DNA of 64,000 nucleotides from positions 8,663 to 72,662 of the IMG/VR virus record IMGVR_UViG_2856153290_000001; one strand, 5' to 3'. Shown here in pieces: positions 9,924-18,739 of the stretch. This stretch comes from a virus. Lineage: Duplodnaviria > Caudoviricetes. The notes below the pieces were generated by a model. That model saw nothing but the letters and a program-made list of their open reading frames with translations, had not been told where the DNA came from and made no database searches. A program made the translations under genes and the position numbers. How positions within the stretch are numbered: the first letter of the stretch is position 1; each line of letters begins with the position of its first letter.

Positions 9924-10202
9924 TTATGCCCAGGCGCGGGCATCCAAGCTGTCGATGTAGGCATCGATGCGCGCCTCGTCCCGGCTCTCGCGCAGGCTGG
10001 CTTCGTATTGCTCCAGGATGGCGAGGTCGTCATCGTCGCTGACCTTGGCCAGCAACCAGCCCGCCTTGTAGCCGCGGCGGTCGTAGACCTCGTACTCGAT
10101 TTCCGGCCCGCTGGGCGGCTCGAAGAAGCTGCCCGGGTCGGCCGGGGTGTAGCCGGTGACTTCCACCTGACAGGGGATGCCGGCGATGCGCGCTTTCAGC
10201 AT
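9924..10202 (-). CDS. Hypothetical phage protein
   Basis: AGGAG RBS, acidic 92-aa ORF. Confidence 0.65.
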   Translation of the reverse strand: MLKARIAGIPCQVEVTGYTPADPGSFFEPPSGPEIEYEVYDRRGYKAGWLLAKVSDDDDLAILEQYEASLRESRDEARIDAYIDSLDARAWA

Positions 10203-10292
10203 GTCAGCGCTCCTTGATCCAGATGGCGGCGGCGATGATCAGCCCGGCCAGCACGATGGATTGCGACACGGTCAGCGTCTCGGCCCAGCCGA

Positions 10293-10508
10293 TCATGGCG
10301 TTGCGACCTCCTGGCGCTGCCGATGCCAGCGGACGACCGCCTGCAGGCTGCCGCGGGCATCACAGGCGGCGGTCAGGCTGGCGACGCGGGTTGCGTCTTC
10401 CCCGGCGGCGAGCAGACGGGAGAGCCCGCCGGCGAGCTCGGGGCCCAGGTTGGGGTCGTGAACGGCTGCGCGCAGCGCGTCCAGCAGCTCGATGTCATCG
10501 ATATCCAT
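10293..10508 (-). CDS. Small hypothetical protein
   Basis: AGGAG RBS, located in the leftward early operon. Confidence 0.5.
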   Translation of the reverse strand: MDIDDIELLDALRAAVHDPNLGPELAGGLSRLLAAGEDATRVASLTAACDARGSLQAVVRWHRQRQEVATP

Positions 10509-10959
10509 GGCGGGACTCCTATCGAGTCAGGAAGACGAGCACGACGGCGGTGAGGATCAGCGCCATGGCGATGCTCAGCCCATGGGTGGCGATCGGCTCG
10601 ACCATCACGCTCTCCAGAGTTGGAGAAGCGGAGCCTTGATGCCCTGGCGTCGGGCGATGTAGTCGGCGTAACGCCTCGCGTTGTCGGCCTGCTGGGCGGT
10701 GAGCGGGCCGTCCTCTCGCTTGCGGCGTGCCGGGGCGATAACCGGGCAATCCGGCCCTCGAATGATCGGGACGGCCCCGATGCCCAACCGAAGGCGGGCA
10801 ACGTCAGCGGTGCGATTCATGGGCGATACCTCTCGTACAGCCAGGCCCCGGTACCGGCGATGGCGAACATGCCGGCGATCAGGGCAGCGGATCCGATGGC
10901 CCCAGCCAGAGCCGGGTCGATGTGATGCGCCAGGGCGCTGGCAATCGCAGCTGCAGGGT

Positions 10960-11098
10960 TCATTGCCAGACCTCCCTCAGCTCGCGTTTCAGCTTCATGT
11001 CGCGCAGCTTCTGGTCGATGAGTCGGCGGCAGGCGTAGCGGGAGGCGCCGCGCTGGTCGTTCTGAATGCGTCGCTCGTGCTTCGTGGCTGGTGTCATG
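10960..11098 (-). CDS. Small Arg/Lys-rich protein (MTPATKHERR...)
   Basis: GGAG RBS. First ORF after the PL leader terminator. Confidence 0.5.
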
Positions 11099-11116
11099 CC
11101 AGGCTCCAGATGTCCG

Positions 11117-11141
11117 TAAAAAAGCCCGACGGGAAGCCGGG
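11117..11141 (-). terminator. tL1-like intrinsic terminator
   Basis: Minus strand GCCCGG-CTTCCCG-TCGGGC-TTTTTT. Confidence 0.65.
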
Positions 11142-11440
11142 CAATGTGCAGGGAACTGAAGGGTGATGCCGCTGGCATCGAGAAGCACCCTGACGCCGCA
11201 ACGGCGGGAGGGTCGGAGACCTACGGCGCCAAGGCGCTTCTCGATGGCCCCGATATGCTCAGGGCCAGCTGACACGACTGGGCATCGCTCTCTGCCCGGG
11301 CTGCCTGCCCGACGCCATGGCCCTCAATTGCCTGGCGCCCACTTGGTTGGCCGTGCCACCCACGCCTGCTGTTGCACTTAGAGCCTCTACTGGAGGCGGC
11401 GTGAGCCCCGTTGTCGCCCCACGGGGAGGGGATCGCAGAT

Positions 11441-11452
11441 TGTGAAAGAGCG
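11441..11452 (-). promoter_or_regulatory. boxA antitermination element (nutL-like)
   Basis: Minus strand CGCTCTTTCACA, one mismatch from boxA CGCTCTTTAACA, about 35 nt downstream of PL. Confidence 0.7.
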
Positions 11453-11489
11453 GTGATCCAGTGGGCTGCGTGCCGTGCTGTTGAAATGA

Positions 11490-11550
11490 AGGTTATGCAT
11501 CAGTGCATATCCTGTCAATGCATTCGTGCAGATAATTTTGCACGTGTGCA
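11490..11550 (-). promoter_or_regulatory. PL promoter with three OL operators
   Basis: Minus strand TTGACA (11518-11513), 17 nt, TAACCT (11495-11490). TGCA-N4-TGCA at 11496-11507, 11519-11530 and 11539-11550. Confidence 0.8.
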
Positions 11551-11584
11551 TATTCTTTCGCCATGTCAGTAGTTTGCAGGCAAC

Positions 11585-11608
11585 AAAAAAACCCGCCGGG
11601 CGGCGGGT
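11585..11608 (-). terminator. Intrinsic terminator closing the cI-cargo transcript
   Basis: Minus strand ACCCGCC-GCCC-GGCGGGT-TTTTTT. Confidence 0.75.
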
Positions 11609-11641
11609 GGTGGTGGGGTTCTGCGGTTTTCTTGGGGCTGG

Positions 11642-12415
11642 CTAGGCGATCCGGTGGTGCAGTTTGCGGCGGAGGTCGGCCACGTTGTCCAAGCTGTGAA
11701 CCATGTCGTTCGCGGCATTCATCAGTCGAGCGCCGTCAGCCTTGGGTAGGCTGAAGAAGTCAGAGCAGACTACGAAGGAGTCGAAATCGTGATTCTGCTG
11801 GATTAGGTGCTGCATAACGATAGTGGAAATTCTTGCCCTGTCCGGAGTGTTAACGCCAAACAAGTAGAGAGGGCGCCCGATTTTTTTGATAGAAAAATCA
11901 ACGGGATATAGTTCCGCATCCTCAATGCCGGGAACAATGTAGTCCTCTGCCACCTCAGCCTGGCCGATAATCTCGTGGAGGATGCTTCGAAGGTCATCTC
12001 GGAATGTTGATTCAACCCTGGGGCGAGACCATAAGCCTAGGTCTTCGATTCTGGAGGCGCACTGACCAAGGGAAAATAGCCCTCTGAGCAAGCCGTCTGC
12101 TGGCACCTCAACGAAGAGCTCGCCATCATTCTCGTTTACACCAGACTCGCCAATGATCTGCTGGAACAGTCGCCCCCTGGGACCTGACAAGATCGAATTC
12201 AGATCGCTCTCATAGCTGAGCCGCATGAAAGTGGTTCCCATGTCAGAGATACGCCAACCGCCATCGCCTCGGGATAGATAGACCGTGTGGTGATCGCCGT
12301 CCCTAGCTACCAGGGGAAGGGAGACGCGGACGGAGTCCTTGCGCGCAGTAACTCGCACGTCCTCGCAGAACGCGGAGCAAAGCTGCTTTCTCAAGGAATC
12401 TACGTCAATCGTCAT
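11642..12415 (-). CDS. DUF1828/DUF1829-like accessory protein
   Basis: Start MTIDVDSLRK after GGAGG. DGDHHTVYL...WRISDMGTT is DUF1828-like, and the C-terminal YPVDFSI...LYLFGV segment resembles a restriction-endonuclease fold. Low GC. Confidence 0.7.
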   Translation of the reverse strand: MTIDVDSLRKQLCSAFCEDVRVTARKDSVRVSLPLVARDGDHHTVYLSRGDGGWRISDMGTTFMRLSYESDLNSILSGPRGRLFQQIIGESGVNENDGELFVEVPADGLLRGLFSLGQCASRIEDLGLWSRPRVESTFRDDLRSILHEIIGQAEVAEDYIVPGIEDAELYPVDFSIKKIGRPLYLFGVNTPDRARISTIVMQHLIQQNHDFDSFVVCSDFFSLPKADGARLMNAANDMVHSLDNVADLRRKLHHRIA

Positions 12416-12923
12416 CGTTAGTGTTGCCTCCCCACATATCGTCATGCACTTCAGAGAGTGGCCCTGCTTGGCCGGGGAATTCTATGGAGCAGTCGCTGCA
12501 CAATGCAAGGAGCGCCCCATGCAGGCTCTCGTAGCGCTCGGTACTTTCAGCATAGTGCTCCGCTTTGCGGCCTGCAGCCATATAGCGCTGTGTGGCTTTG
12601 TGGATGTGGCACTGATTGATGATTGTTCCCTTACCATCGAGCGGGTTCTCATGCTCATGGTCGCTGCCGTTGTAACGACAAAGGGTTACGTCCTTGTCTT
12701 TGCCTTCTGGGTGGCAGTACTTAAGTCCGCATGAAAAGGCTTCTTCGATACGGAGATTCTGGCGAAGATACACGATAAACTCTTTGCCACACAAAGACTT
12801 GGCCTTATAGCTTTTTTGCTTGGAGCCTTTCTGCTCCCTCCATTGTGCACGAGGGTTGGTCACGACCTTCTTTACGTTGAGCAGCGAGGCAATCTCTTCG
12901 TCAGTCAGAGTAAAATGGTCCAT
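12405..12923 (-). CDS. DUF6978-like accessory protein (LCRYNG..HEHENP...HIH)
   Basis: His-rich motif typical of the partner genes of DUF1828 proteins. Low GC and overlapping the next gene. Confidence 0.6.
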   Translation of the reverse strand: MDHFTLTDEEIASLLNVKKVVTNPRAQWREQKGSKQKSYKAKSLCGKEFIVYLRQNLRIEEAFSCGLKYCHPEGKDKDVTLCRYNGSDHEHENPLDGKGTIINQCHIHKATQRYMAAGRKAEHYAESTERYESLHGALLALCSDCSIEFPGQAGPLSEVHDDMWGGNTNDDD

Positions 12924-12977
12924 GTCACCCTCATGAGATGCCCCTGTGCATTTTCTTCATCGTGAGTTTCTCGGCAC

Positions 12978-13661
12978 TTAGCGCAATCGCATGTCAGCGA
13001 CCACCACGCCTACCACGCGGCAGTTGCCGTTGATCTTGATGTAGGGCTCGTGCCAGGCCGGGTTCAGCGCCTTGAGCATGCGGCCATGCCCCGGCTCCTC
13101 GATCAGCCGCTTGAACGTCGCTTCGCCAGTTTCGGTCATGACCGCCACCACGTCCTTGCCGTTCTCTGGCGCGCGCTCCGGGTCGACATAGATCAGCGTG
13201 CCCGGCAGGTACTCAGGCGCCATGGACTCGCCGACCACCCTGAGCACGAAGGTCTGCTCCGAAGCGCCGGCGGGGCGGGGGTGCCAGGTGATGGCTTCTG
13301 GGTCCCGCTCGACGTGGCAGACCTCGGTCCAGGCGCCGGCCTGTACCCAGCTGATTTCTGGGCACAGTCCAATGGCTTGAGGGGCAGGGGCTACGTCTTT
13401 TGACTTAGGCAGGTCGTGAGTCCGAAGGGAGAACAGGTCAGCGAGCTCAACAGGCTGCCGGCCACGGAGCTGGTCTGTGGTCACGCCAAAATATTCAGCG
13501 AGCTTCTGCACCTGCCTGTCCGTTGGGCTCTCGATTTTCCCTTGCAGGATTCTGGACAGCGTCGATTGGGCCACACCGCTTTCGCGAGCAACCTCAGTCG
13601 GCCTTTTTCCCGACGCCTCGATCAGCCGTGCCAAGACGTCTTTTGTTCTCTCTTTTTGCAT
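12978..13661 (-). CDS. cI: CI-like repressor (HTH_XRE + S24 LexA-type peptidase)
   Basis: HTH TEVARESGVAQSTLSRILQG, cleavage site VQAG, catalytic GESM and TFKRL. The real start is MQKERTKD at 13661. Confidence 0.93.
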   Translation of the reverse strand: MQKERTKDVLARLIEASGKRPTEVARESGVAQSTLSRILQGKIESPTDRQVQKLAEYFGVTTDQLRGRQPVELADLFSLRTHDLPKSKDVAPAPQAIGLCPEISWVQAGAWTEVCHVERDPEAITWHPRPAGASEQTFVLRVVGESMAPEYLPGTLIYVDPERAPENGKDVVAVMTETGEATFKRLIEEPGHGRMLKALNPAWHEPYIKINGNCRVVGVVVADMRLR

Positions 13662-13737
13662 GGATGCAATGATTGCCCGGCCAGATGCATAGGGCAAATG
13701 CATTTCACGTTGACAATTATGCATTGATGCATATCCT
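13657..13737 (+). promoter_or_regulatory. PR promoter and OR operators
   Basis: TTGACA at 13710-13715, 16 nt, TATCCT at 13732-13737. TGCA-N4-TGCA at 13657-13668 and 13720-13731, plus extra ATGCAT half sites. Confidence 0.78.
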
Positions 13738-13769
13738 GTGTCATAGAAACGTCTTCCGAGGTTAAGGCC

Positions 13770-13967
13770 ATGCATGGCACAGAACTCGCAGAAAAGCTGG
13801 AGGCACTCCTTGCTTCCGGCGTCACGTACAAGGCGATCGCTGAGCGTGCTGGATGTGACGCCTCGACGATCTATCGCATCAGGTCTGGGGCTATCACCAA
13901 TCCGTTGTACTCCACCGGCAGGGCTATCGATGAGATGCATGCCGAGTTGAAGCCTCGCGCCGCCTGA
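13770..13967 (+). CDS. cro: Cro-like HTH protein
   Basis: 65 aa, TYKAIAERAGCDASTIYRIRSG, divergent from cI. Confidence 0.85.
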   Translation: MHGTELAEKLEALLASGVTYKAIAERAGCDASTIYRIRSGAITNPLYSTGRAIDEMHAELKPRAA

Positions 13968-14000
13968 CATCCACCCTATCCAGAGGAGGGAGCCCCTGCC

Positions 14001-14624
14001 ATGTCCGAAACCCGACACCCCAGCCGTGACGCTCTGCTGCGCGATGCCCTTGGTCGCCTGCGAGAGCAGCGCGGCATCGCCTGCGAGCGCTTCGCCCGCG
14101 AACTCAACCGCCAGGTGATGGCGTGCTGCCCGGCCAAGGCGGCCGACCTTCACCTGCCCGATCTGGATGGTTTCACCACGGTAGGGGATGAGTACGACCA
14201 CGCGGTGATGAGTTGGGCCAAGCGCGTGCAGCGCTGGGCCAGCGGTGCCGTTGAGTTCCCGGCCTGGCTGGAGGAGCCCTGGTGTGCAGCGCTTGAGGTA
14301 TTCGGTGACGACTTTGCTCGCGTCAGCCTGGCACGCCGCCACGGCTTCATGGGGGTCAAGCGGCCCGAGAGCGGGGATGAGATTTCCTGTGGGTTTGCCG
14401 CACTTGGAGAGGTGAGCCGAGAAACCGGGGATGTGATGGCCGTCATGTCGCGAATGCTTCACGACAACAAGCTGAGTCCGGCGGACCTTCCCATGGCCGA
14501 CGAGGCGCTGGCCGAGATCGATGATGCCATCGTCGCGTTGATGAGCACGCGCTCGCTTATCGAGCGCAAGGTGCTGGGTCGCAACCCCGGCGTTCGCCTG
14601 GCGGTGGCCAAGAGCGGAGGGTAG
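14001..14624 (+). CDS. CII-position regulatory protein
   Basis: GAGGAGG RBS, directly after cro. Confidence 0.6.
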   Translation: MSETRHPSRDALLRDALGRLREQRGIACERFARELNRQVMACCPAKAADLHLPDLDGFTTVGDEYDHAVMSWAKRVQRWASGAVEFPAWLEEPWCAALEVFGDDFARVSLARRHGFMGVKRPESGDEISCGFAALGEVSRETGDVMAVMSRMLHDNKLSPADLPMADEALAEIDDAIVALMSTRSLIERKVLGRNPGVRLAVAKSGG

Positions 14625-14627
14625 CCC

Positions 14628-14873
14628 GTGATTATTTCCAGCGTGTCGGAATTGATCGATGTGGTGGGGAATGGCCGTCTGGCGGCGGCTTGTGACGTCC
14701 ACCACGCCACCCCTTGGCACTGGCGCACCAAGGGCCTTCCTGCCCAACCCAAGCGTCGCGCCCAACATTACCGTCGCGTGCTCGCCGATCTGGCGGGCAT
14801 CAGCACGTCGACGCTCTCCCGGCTCGAAGCCGGCGAGGAAATCGAGATCGACGATGTACGAAATGCCGGGTAA
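14628..14873 (+). CDS. Small putative HTH protein
   Basis: GGAGG RBS with GTG start. Contains two HTH-like segments (RLAAACDVHHATPWHW and LADLAGISTSTLSRLE). Confidence 0.55.
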   Translation: MIISSVSELIDVVGNGRLAAACDVHHATPWHWRTKGLPAQPKRRAQHYRRVLADLAGISTSTLSRLEAGEEIEIDDVRNAG

Positions 14874-14946
14874 TGCCCGGACACAACAACGCCCCGCGGT
14901 GGCAGCCGATCGGGGCGTTGATGCATTGACATATATGGAGCTGATT

Positions 14947-15699
14947 ATGAACGACAAACCAACAAACGTCCAGTTGCTGGCCGTGGCTGGTGTCGACGTC
15001 CAGCAGGATGCGGAAGGGCGGTTCTGCCTGAATGACCTGCACCGAGCAGCTGGTGGAGAAAAACGCCAAGCGCCCAACGAGTTCTTCAGGCTCGGCACGA
15101 CGAAGGAGCTTGTGGGAGAGCTAACCGGAGATTCCCGGTTTGCCCCTATGAACTCCATGCGGGGCGGATCCACCCCCGGGACCTACGTCTGCAAGGAACT
15201 GGTCTACGCCTACGCCATGTGGATCAGCCCCGCCTTTCACCTCAAGGTGATCCGCGCCTATGACGCCATGCAGACCCCGGCCGCCGCGGACCCACTTCAG
15301 GCGCTCTCCGATCCGGCCACCATGCGCGAGCTGCTGCTGGGCTACACGGAGAAGGTGCTGGCCCTGGAGTCCACCGTTTCCGAGCAGGCACCCAAGGTTC
15401 AGGCCTTCCAGCGCATCGCCGAGAGCGATGGTTCGCTGTGCCTGACCGATGCCGCCAAGCACCTGCAGGTGCGTCGCAAGGATCTGCTTGCCTGGCTGCA
15501 GGTGCACCGCTGGATCTACCGCCGCGCCGGCAACAAGAACTGGATCGCCTATCAACCGCGCCTGCACCAAGGCGTGCTCGAGCACAAGGTTTCCACCATC
15601 CCCCTGGAAGACGGCGGCGAGAAGGTGTGCGAGCAGGTCAAGATCACCCGCAAGGGCCTGGCCAAGCTGGCAGAAACCTTCGAGGGGGCTGCGGCATGA
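14947..15699 (+). CDS. Phage antirepressor, KilA-N + ANT(KilAC) domains
   Basis: DAEGRFCLNDLHRAAGG, GTYVCKELVYAYAMWISPAFHLKVIRAYD, SLCLTDAAKHL, QVKITRKGLAKLA. Confidence 0.9.
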   Translation: MNDKPTNVQLLAVAGVDVQQDAEGRFCLNDLHRAAGGEKRQAPNEFFRLGTTKELVGELTGDSRFAPMNSMRGGSTPGTYVCKELVYAYAMWISPAFHLKVIRAYDAMQTPAAADPLQALSDPATMRELLLGYTEKVLALESTVSEQAPKVQAFQRIAESDGSLCLTDAAKHLQVRRKDLLAWLQVHRWIYRRAGNKNWIAYQPRLHQGVLEHKVSTIPLEDGGEKVCEQVKITRKGLAKLAETFEGAAA

Positions 15700-16709
15700 G
15701 CAACGTGCTGAAGTTCCCCGAGCGCTTCCATGAGCAGTCGCAGGCGCCCGCAGAAACGCCAAAGGGGCCTCAAGTGGAGGATGGATACACGAGGATTGCC
15801 AATCCGATCATGGACGCATTGTGCTGTGCGGATCTTACGTCACGCGAGTTCCGCGTGCTGCACTTCGTGATCCGCACCACCTACGGTTGGAACACCAAGG
15901 CATGCCGCATGACAGGAGAGTTTATCGCCAAAAAGGTGAAGCTCGACCCTTCGCGCTGCTCCAAGGTGCTCAACGAGCTCATTCGTCGCCGCGTGCTGAT
16001 TCGACATGGTGGAAGTCGCTCTCCGGTATCGCTGAACAAGCACGTGGAGGAGTGGGAGCCGCGCGAAGGCGCAAAGCGCCAGGCGCCAACCAAACAATCC
16101 GACTCGGCCCAAGATGAGCCAACGCCCCCAAAAGGGGCCGACTCGGCCCAAGATGAGCCGACTCACTCGGCCCAAGATGAGCCTACAAAGAAAGACATGA
16201 AAGACATTCCCCCTCTCCCTACGGTCGAGGGGGAAGGCCCCTCCCCGGAAACCGGACAGAAACCGGAAGCCGAGAAACCCAAGCCCAAGGCGAAGCCCAA
16301 GGGCGGTACCAAGCCCAAGGCGGCAAAGCTCGACCTGAGCCAACTGCCTGACGGCGTGTCGCTGGAGGCCGTCGAGGGCTTCATCGAGCACCGCAACACG
16401 CTGAAGAAACCCCTCACGCAGCGGGCGCTGACGCTCAACGTCAACGAGGCGCTGCGTGCTGCCGAACGAATCCCCGGCATGACTGCCGACCAGGCCCTGG
16501 ACGAGACCGTGATGGCGGGATGGCAGGGCGTGAAGGCCGATTGGCTGGCACGCCGCCAGGGGGCGACCGAAAACCCCGCCAAGGGCATGAACCCAGCTGA
16601 GCGGCTGCACGCTGCCAACCAGCAGGCCATCCGCGAAGCCGTGGAGCGCCGCAATGCCGATGCCGAGTGCAAAGGCGACCTGTTCGACAACGACGGAGGG
16701 CACTGGTGA
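15696..16709 (+). CDS. Lambda O-like replication initiator
   Basis: VEDGYTRIANPIMDAL and VIRTTYGWN match Phage_rep_O. Internal iterons are present. Confidence 0.9.
   Translation: MSNVLKFPERFHEQSQAPAETPKGPQVEDGYTRIANPIMDALCCADLTSREFRVLHFVIRTTYGWNTKACRMTGEFIAKKVKLDPSRCSKVLNELIRRRVLIRHGGSRSPVSLNKHVEEWEPREGAKRQAPTKQSDSAQDEPTPPKGADSAQDEPTHSAQDEPTKKDMKDIPPLPTVEGEGPSPETGQKPEAEKPKPKAKPKGGTKPKAAKLDLSQLPDGVSLEAVEGFIEHRNTLKKPLTQRALTLNVNEALRAAERIPGMTADQALDETVMAGWQGVKADWLARRQGATENPAKGMNPAERLHAANQQAIREAVERRNADAECKGDLFDNDGGHW
16102..16183 (+). repeat. Replication origin iterons, 3 x ACTCGGCCCAAGATGAGCC
   Basis: Exact 19-bp copies at 16102-16120, 16141-16159 and 16165-16183, followed by an A-rich tract (16184-16208). 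Confidence 0.88.
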
Positions 16710-17392
16710 TGATCGACCGCGATTTCGAGGCATTCGCCGAGGTGTGGAGCCAGGCACAGGAGATCTACAACCGCAGCGTGACGTCCGGCACCATCGAGCT
16801 GGTTTTCCGCGCCCTGCAGGGGCTTGAGCTGGAGGAGGTGCAGCGGGCGCTGACCCTGCACATCCAGAGCCCTGACACCGGCCAGTTCCCGCCTAAGCCC
16901 GGCGACGTCATCAAGTACGCGCGTGGCGACAGCCAGAGCCGCACCCTGCAAGCCTGGGCGAAGGTGGAGCGCGCGATCCGCAGCGTGGGGCACTATCGCG
17001 ACGTGTGCTTCGACGATCCGCTGATCCACGCCGCGATCGAGCGCATGGGCGGCTGGCCCAAGGTGGCCATGGTCGACACCGAGCGGGATATCGTCTGGCT
17101 GCGTCAGCGCTTCGAGGCGCAGTACCGCGCCTATGCCATCCACCGCCCCGAGGAGTGGCCGGCCTTCCTGGCTGGTGTGGCGACCCAGCAGAACACGCAG
17201 ATCGGCCAGCATTCCCGCGGGCGCCTTCCCGGCAAGGATATCGCCGTCATCGGCGACCAGCGTCGCGCCATGCAGGTCGCCGAGCGTGGCCGCGGCGCCC
17301 TGGCCAACGGCACGCAGGTCAGCCGAGTGACTGGCGGCCAGCTGGCGGGGCTGATCGAGAACATGCAGACCAAGCAGCGAGGTGCGGCATGA
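16706..17392 (+). CDS. Replication accessory protein in the P position (DUF6475-like)
   Basis: GQFPPKPGDVI and YRDVCFDDPLIHAAIERMGGW. Follows the O-like gene. Confidence 0.75.
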   Translation: MMIDRDFEAFAEVWSQAQEIYNRSVTSGTIELVFRALQGLELEEVQRALTLHIQSPDTGQFPPKPGDVIKYARGDSQSRTLQAWAKVERAIRSVGHYRDVCFDDPLIHAAIERMGGWPKVAMVDTERDIVWLRQRFEAQYRAYAIHRPEEWPAFLAGVATQQNTQIGQHSRGRLPGKDIAVIGDQRRAMQVAERGRGALANGTQVSRVTGGQLAGLIENMQTKQRGAA

Positions 17393-17940
17393 CCCAGCTC
17401 AATCTCAGCCCCCAAGCCCGCCAGGCACTGCATGCCGTTGTGTTCGCCGAGGAGCGCGAAGCCCGCGTCGAGGCATTGCTGCGCTTCGGCACCGAGGCCG
17501 GCGCCCGCGCTCTGCTGGAGATGGTTGCCGATCTGGTGACCCTGGCCGACCAGGTGATCGACAACGGTCGCGAGCATGCCGTCGACCTGCTGATTCAGGA
17601 AACCGACATGCACCCGTACTCGGCAGAGAAGCTCAACTACCCGAGCCTGAAAGGCGCGCTGGTGGGGCTCGAAGCCGCCGAAAGGGTACCGGCCCACGCC
17701 CGTGATCGTGTCTGCCCGGGTTGCGCCTACCGGCCGGGCAGCGTTGCCAATCAGTGCTTCACTACGCAGACCGACGCCGACTGCGTGTTGGAGAGCGGCG
17801 ACGCCTTCCTGTGCCATGCCCGCGGCCTCGATGACGTGACCGACGAGCCGACCCGCCCCTGCATCGGCCACGCCTACGCCGCCAGGCAGCACGCCAAAGA
17901 CTGCATGGAGGACCATCACGGCCCCGAGGGGGCGGCATGA
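17389..17940 (+). CDS. Hypothetical Cys/His-rich protein
   Basis: CPGCAYRPGS...FLCHA...PCIGH. Coupled to neighbours by ATGA overlaps. Confidence 0.65.
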   Translation: MTQLNLSPQARQALHAVVFAEEREARVEALLRFGTEAGARALLEMVADLVTLADQVIDNGREHAVDLLIQETDMHPYSAEKLNYPSLKGALVGLEAAERVPAHARDRVCPGCAYRPGSVANQCFTTQTDADCVLESGDAFLCHARGLDDVTDEPTRPCIGHAYAARQHAKDCMEDHHGPEGAA

Positions 17941-18395
17941 ACCGCTCCGCTTCCGCCAATCAGGTCGAGTACGTGATCCAGCACCCGGGGCAGCTGGCCC
18001 CGGTCATGAGCCAGGCCATGGCGATGGCCGGTCGCGGCCTCAGAGGCGGTCCGGTGCGCGTGGTCCTGACCCGCATCGAGGAGAAGCGCACCGACAGCCA
18101 GAACAAGAAGCTGTGGCCGATGCTCAGCGACCTGTCCACGCAGGTGGTGTGGCACGGCGTCAAGCTGGCCCCGCACGAGTGGAAGGACCTGGCCACGGCG
18201 GCACTGAAGCGTCACCGCATGGTGCCCGGCATGGATGGCGGCTTCGTCATGGTCGGGCTCAGCACCAGTCGCATGAGTAAGCGCGTGTTCTGCGACCTGA
18301 TCGAATGCCTGTACGCCTTCGGTACCGAGCAGGGCGTCCAGTGGAGCGAGCCCGCTCTGGCCCTCTACGAGGAGTACAAGGAGGCCCGCCAGTGA
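17937..18395 (+). CDS. ninB: NinB/Orf recombination protein
   Basis: EKRTDSQNKKLWPMLSDLSTQV and GLSTSRMSKRVFCDLIECLYAFG. Confidence 0.9.
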   Translation: MNRSASANQVEYVIQHPGQLAPVMSQAMAMAGRGLRGGPVRVVLTRIEEKRTDSQNKKLWPMLSDLSTQVVWHGVKLAPHEWKDLATAALKRHRMVPGMDGGFVMVGLSTSRMSKRVFCDLIECLYAFGTEQGVQWSEPALALYEEYKEARQ

Positions 18396-18739
18396 TCCCC
18401 AAGAGCAAGGCCTGGCGCTCTGAGCGCTATCTGGCATGGGTGCGCAGCCTGCCGTGCTGCATGACCGGCGAGGAGGGCTGTGAGGCTCACCACGTCATCG
18501 GCCTGGGGTGGGGCCTGTCCGGATGGGGGCTCAAGGCGCCTGACTCGTTCGTGATGCCGCTGACCCCGTGGGCGCATCGCATGGTCCACCAGCGCGCCGA
18601 GTGGCAGCCCTGGCAGGTGGAGTGGCTGCAGCAGACGATTCGCGCCGGCCTGACCGAGTTCGCCAACGACCCCGACATTCGCGAGCAGCTGACCCACGCG
18701 CTCGCCTTCATCGCCGCAAGGGAGGGCGCCACGGCATGA
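18392..18739 (+). CDS. DUF968-like HNH/Zn-finger protein
   Basis: WRSERYLAWVRSLPCC...EAHHVIG...KAPDSFVMPL. Confidence 0.8.
   Translation: MIPKSKAWRSERYLAWVRSLPCCMTGEEGCEAHHVIGLGWGLSGWGLKAPDSFVMPLTPWAHRMVHQRAEWQPWQVEWLQQTIRAGLTEFANDPDIREQLTHALAFIAAREGATA

Noticed and set aside
12071-12111. Additional GGAAAA as a late promoter
   Set aside because: No YAnnnT hexamer lies 29 nt downstream, and it is antisense within the cargo gene.
12978-15173. 731-aa ORF in the ORF track
   Set aside because: Only the last 227 codons encode the repressor. The upstream part is antisense to cro, the cII-position gene and the antirepressor.
16102-16183. Direct repeats as a mini CRISPR array
   Set aside because: The spacers are 20 and 5 nt, the repeats are in frame within the initiator gene, and no cas genes are present. 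They fit iterons.
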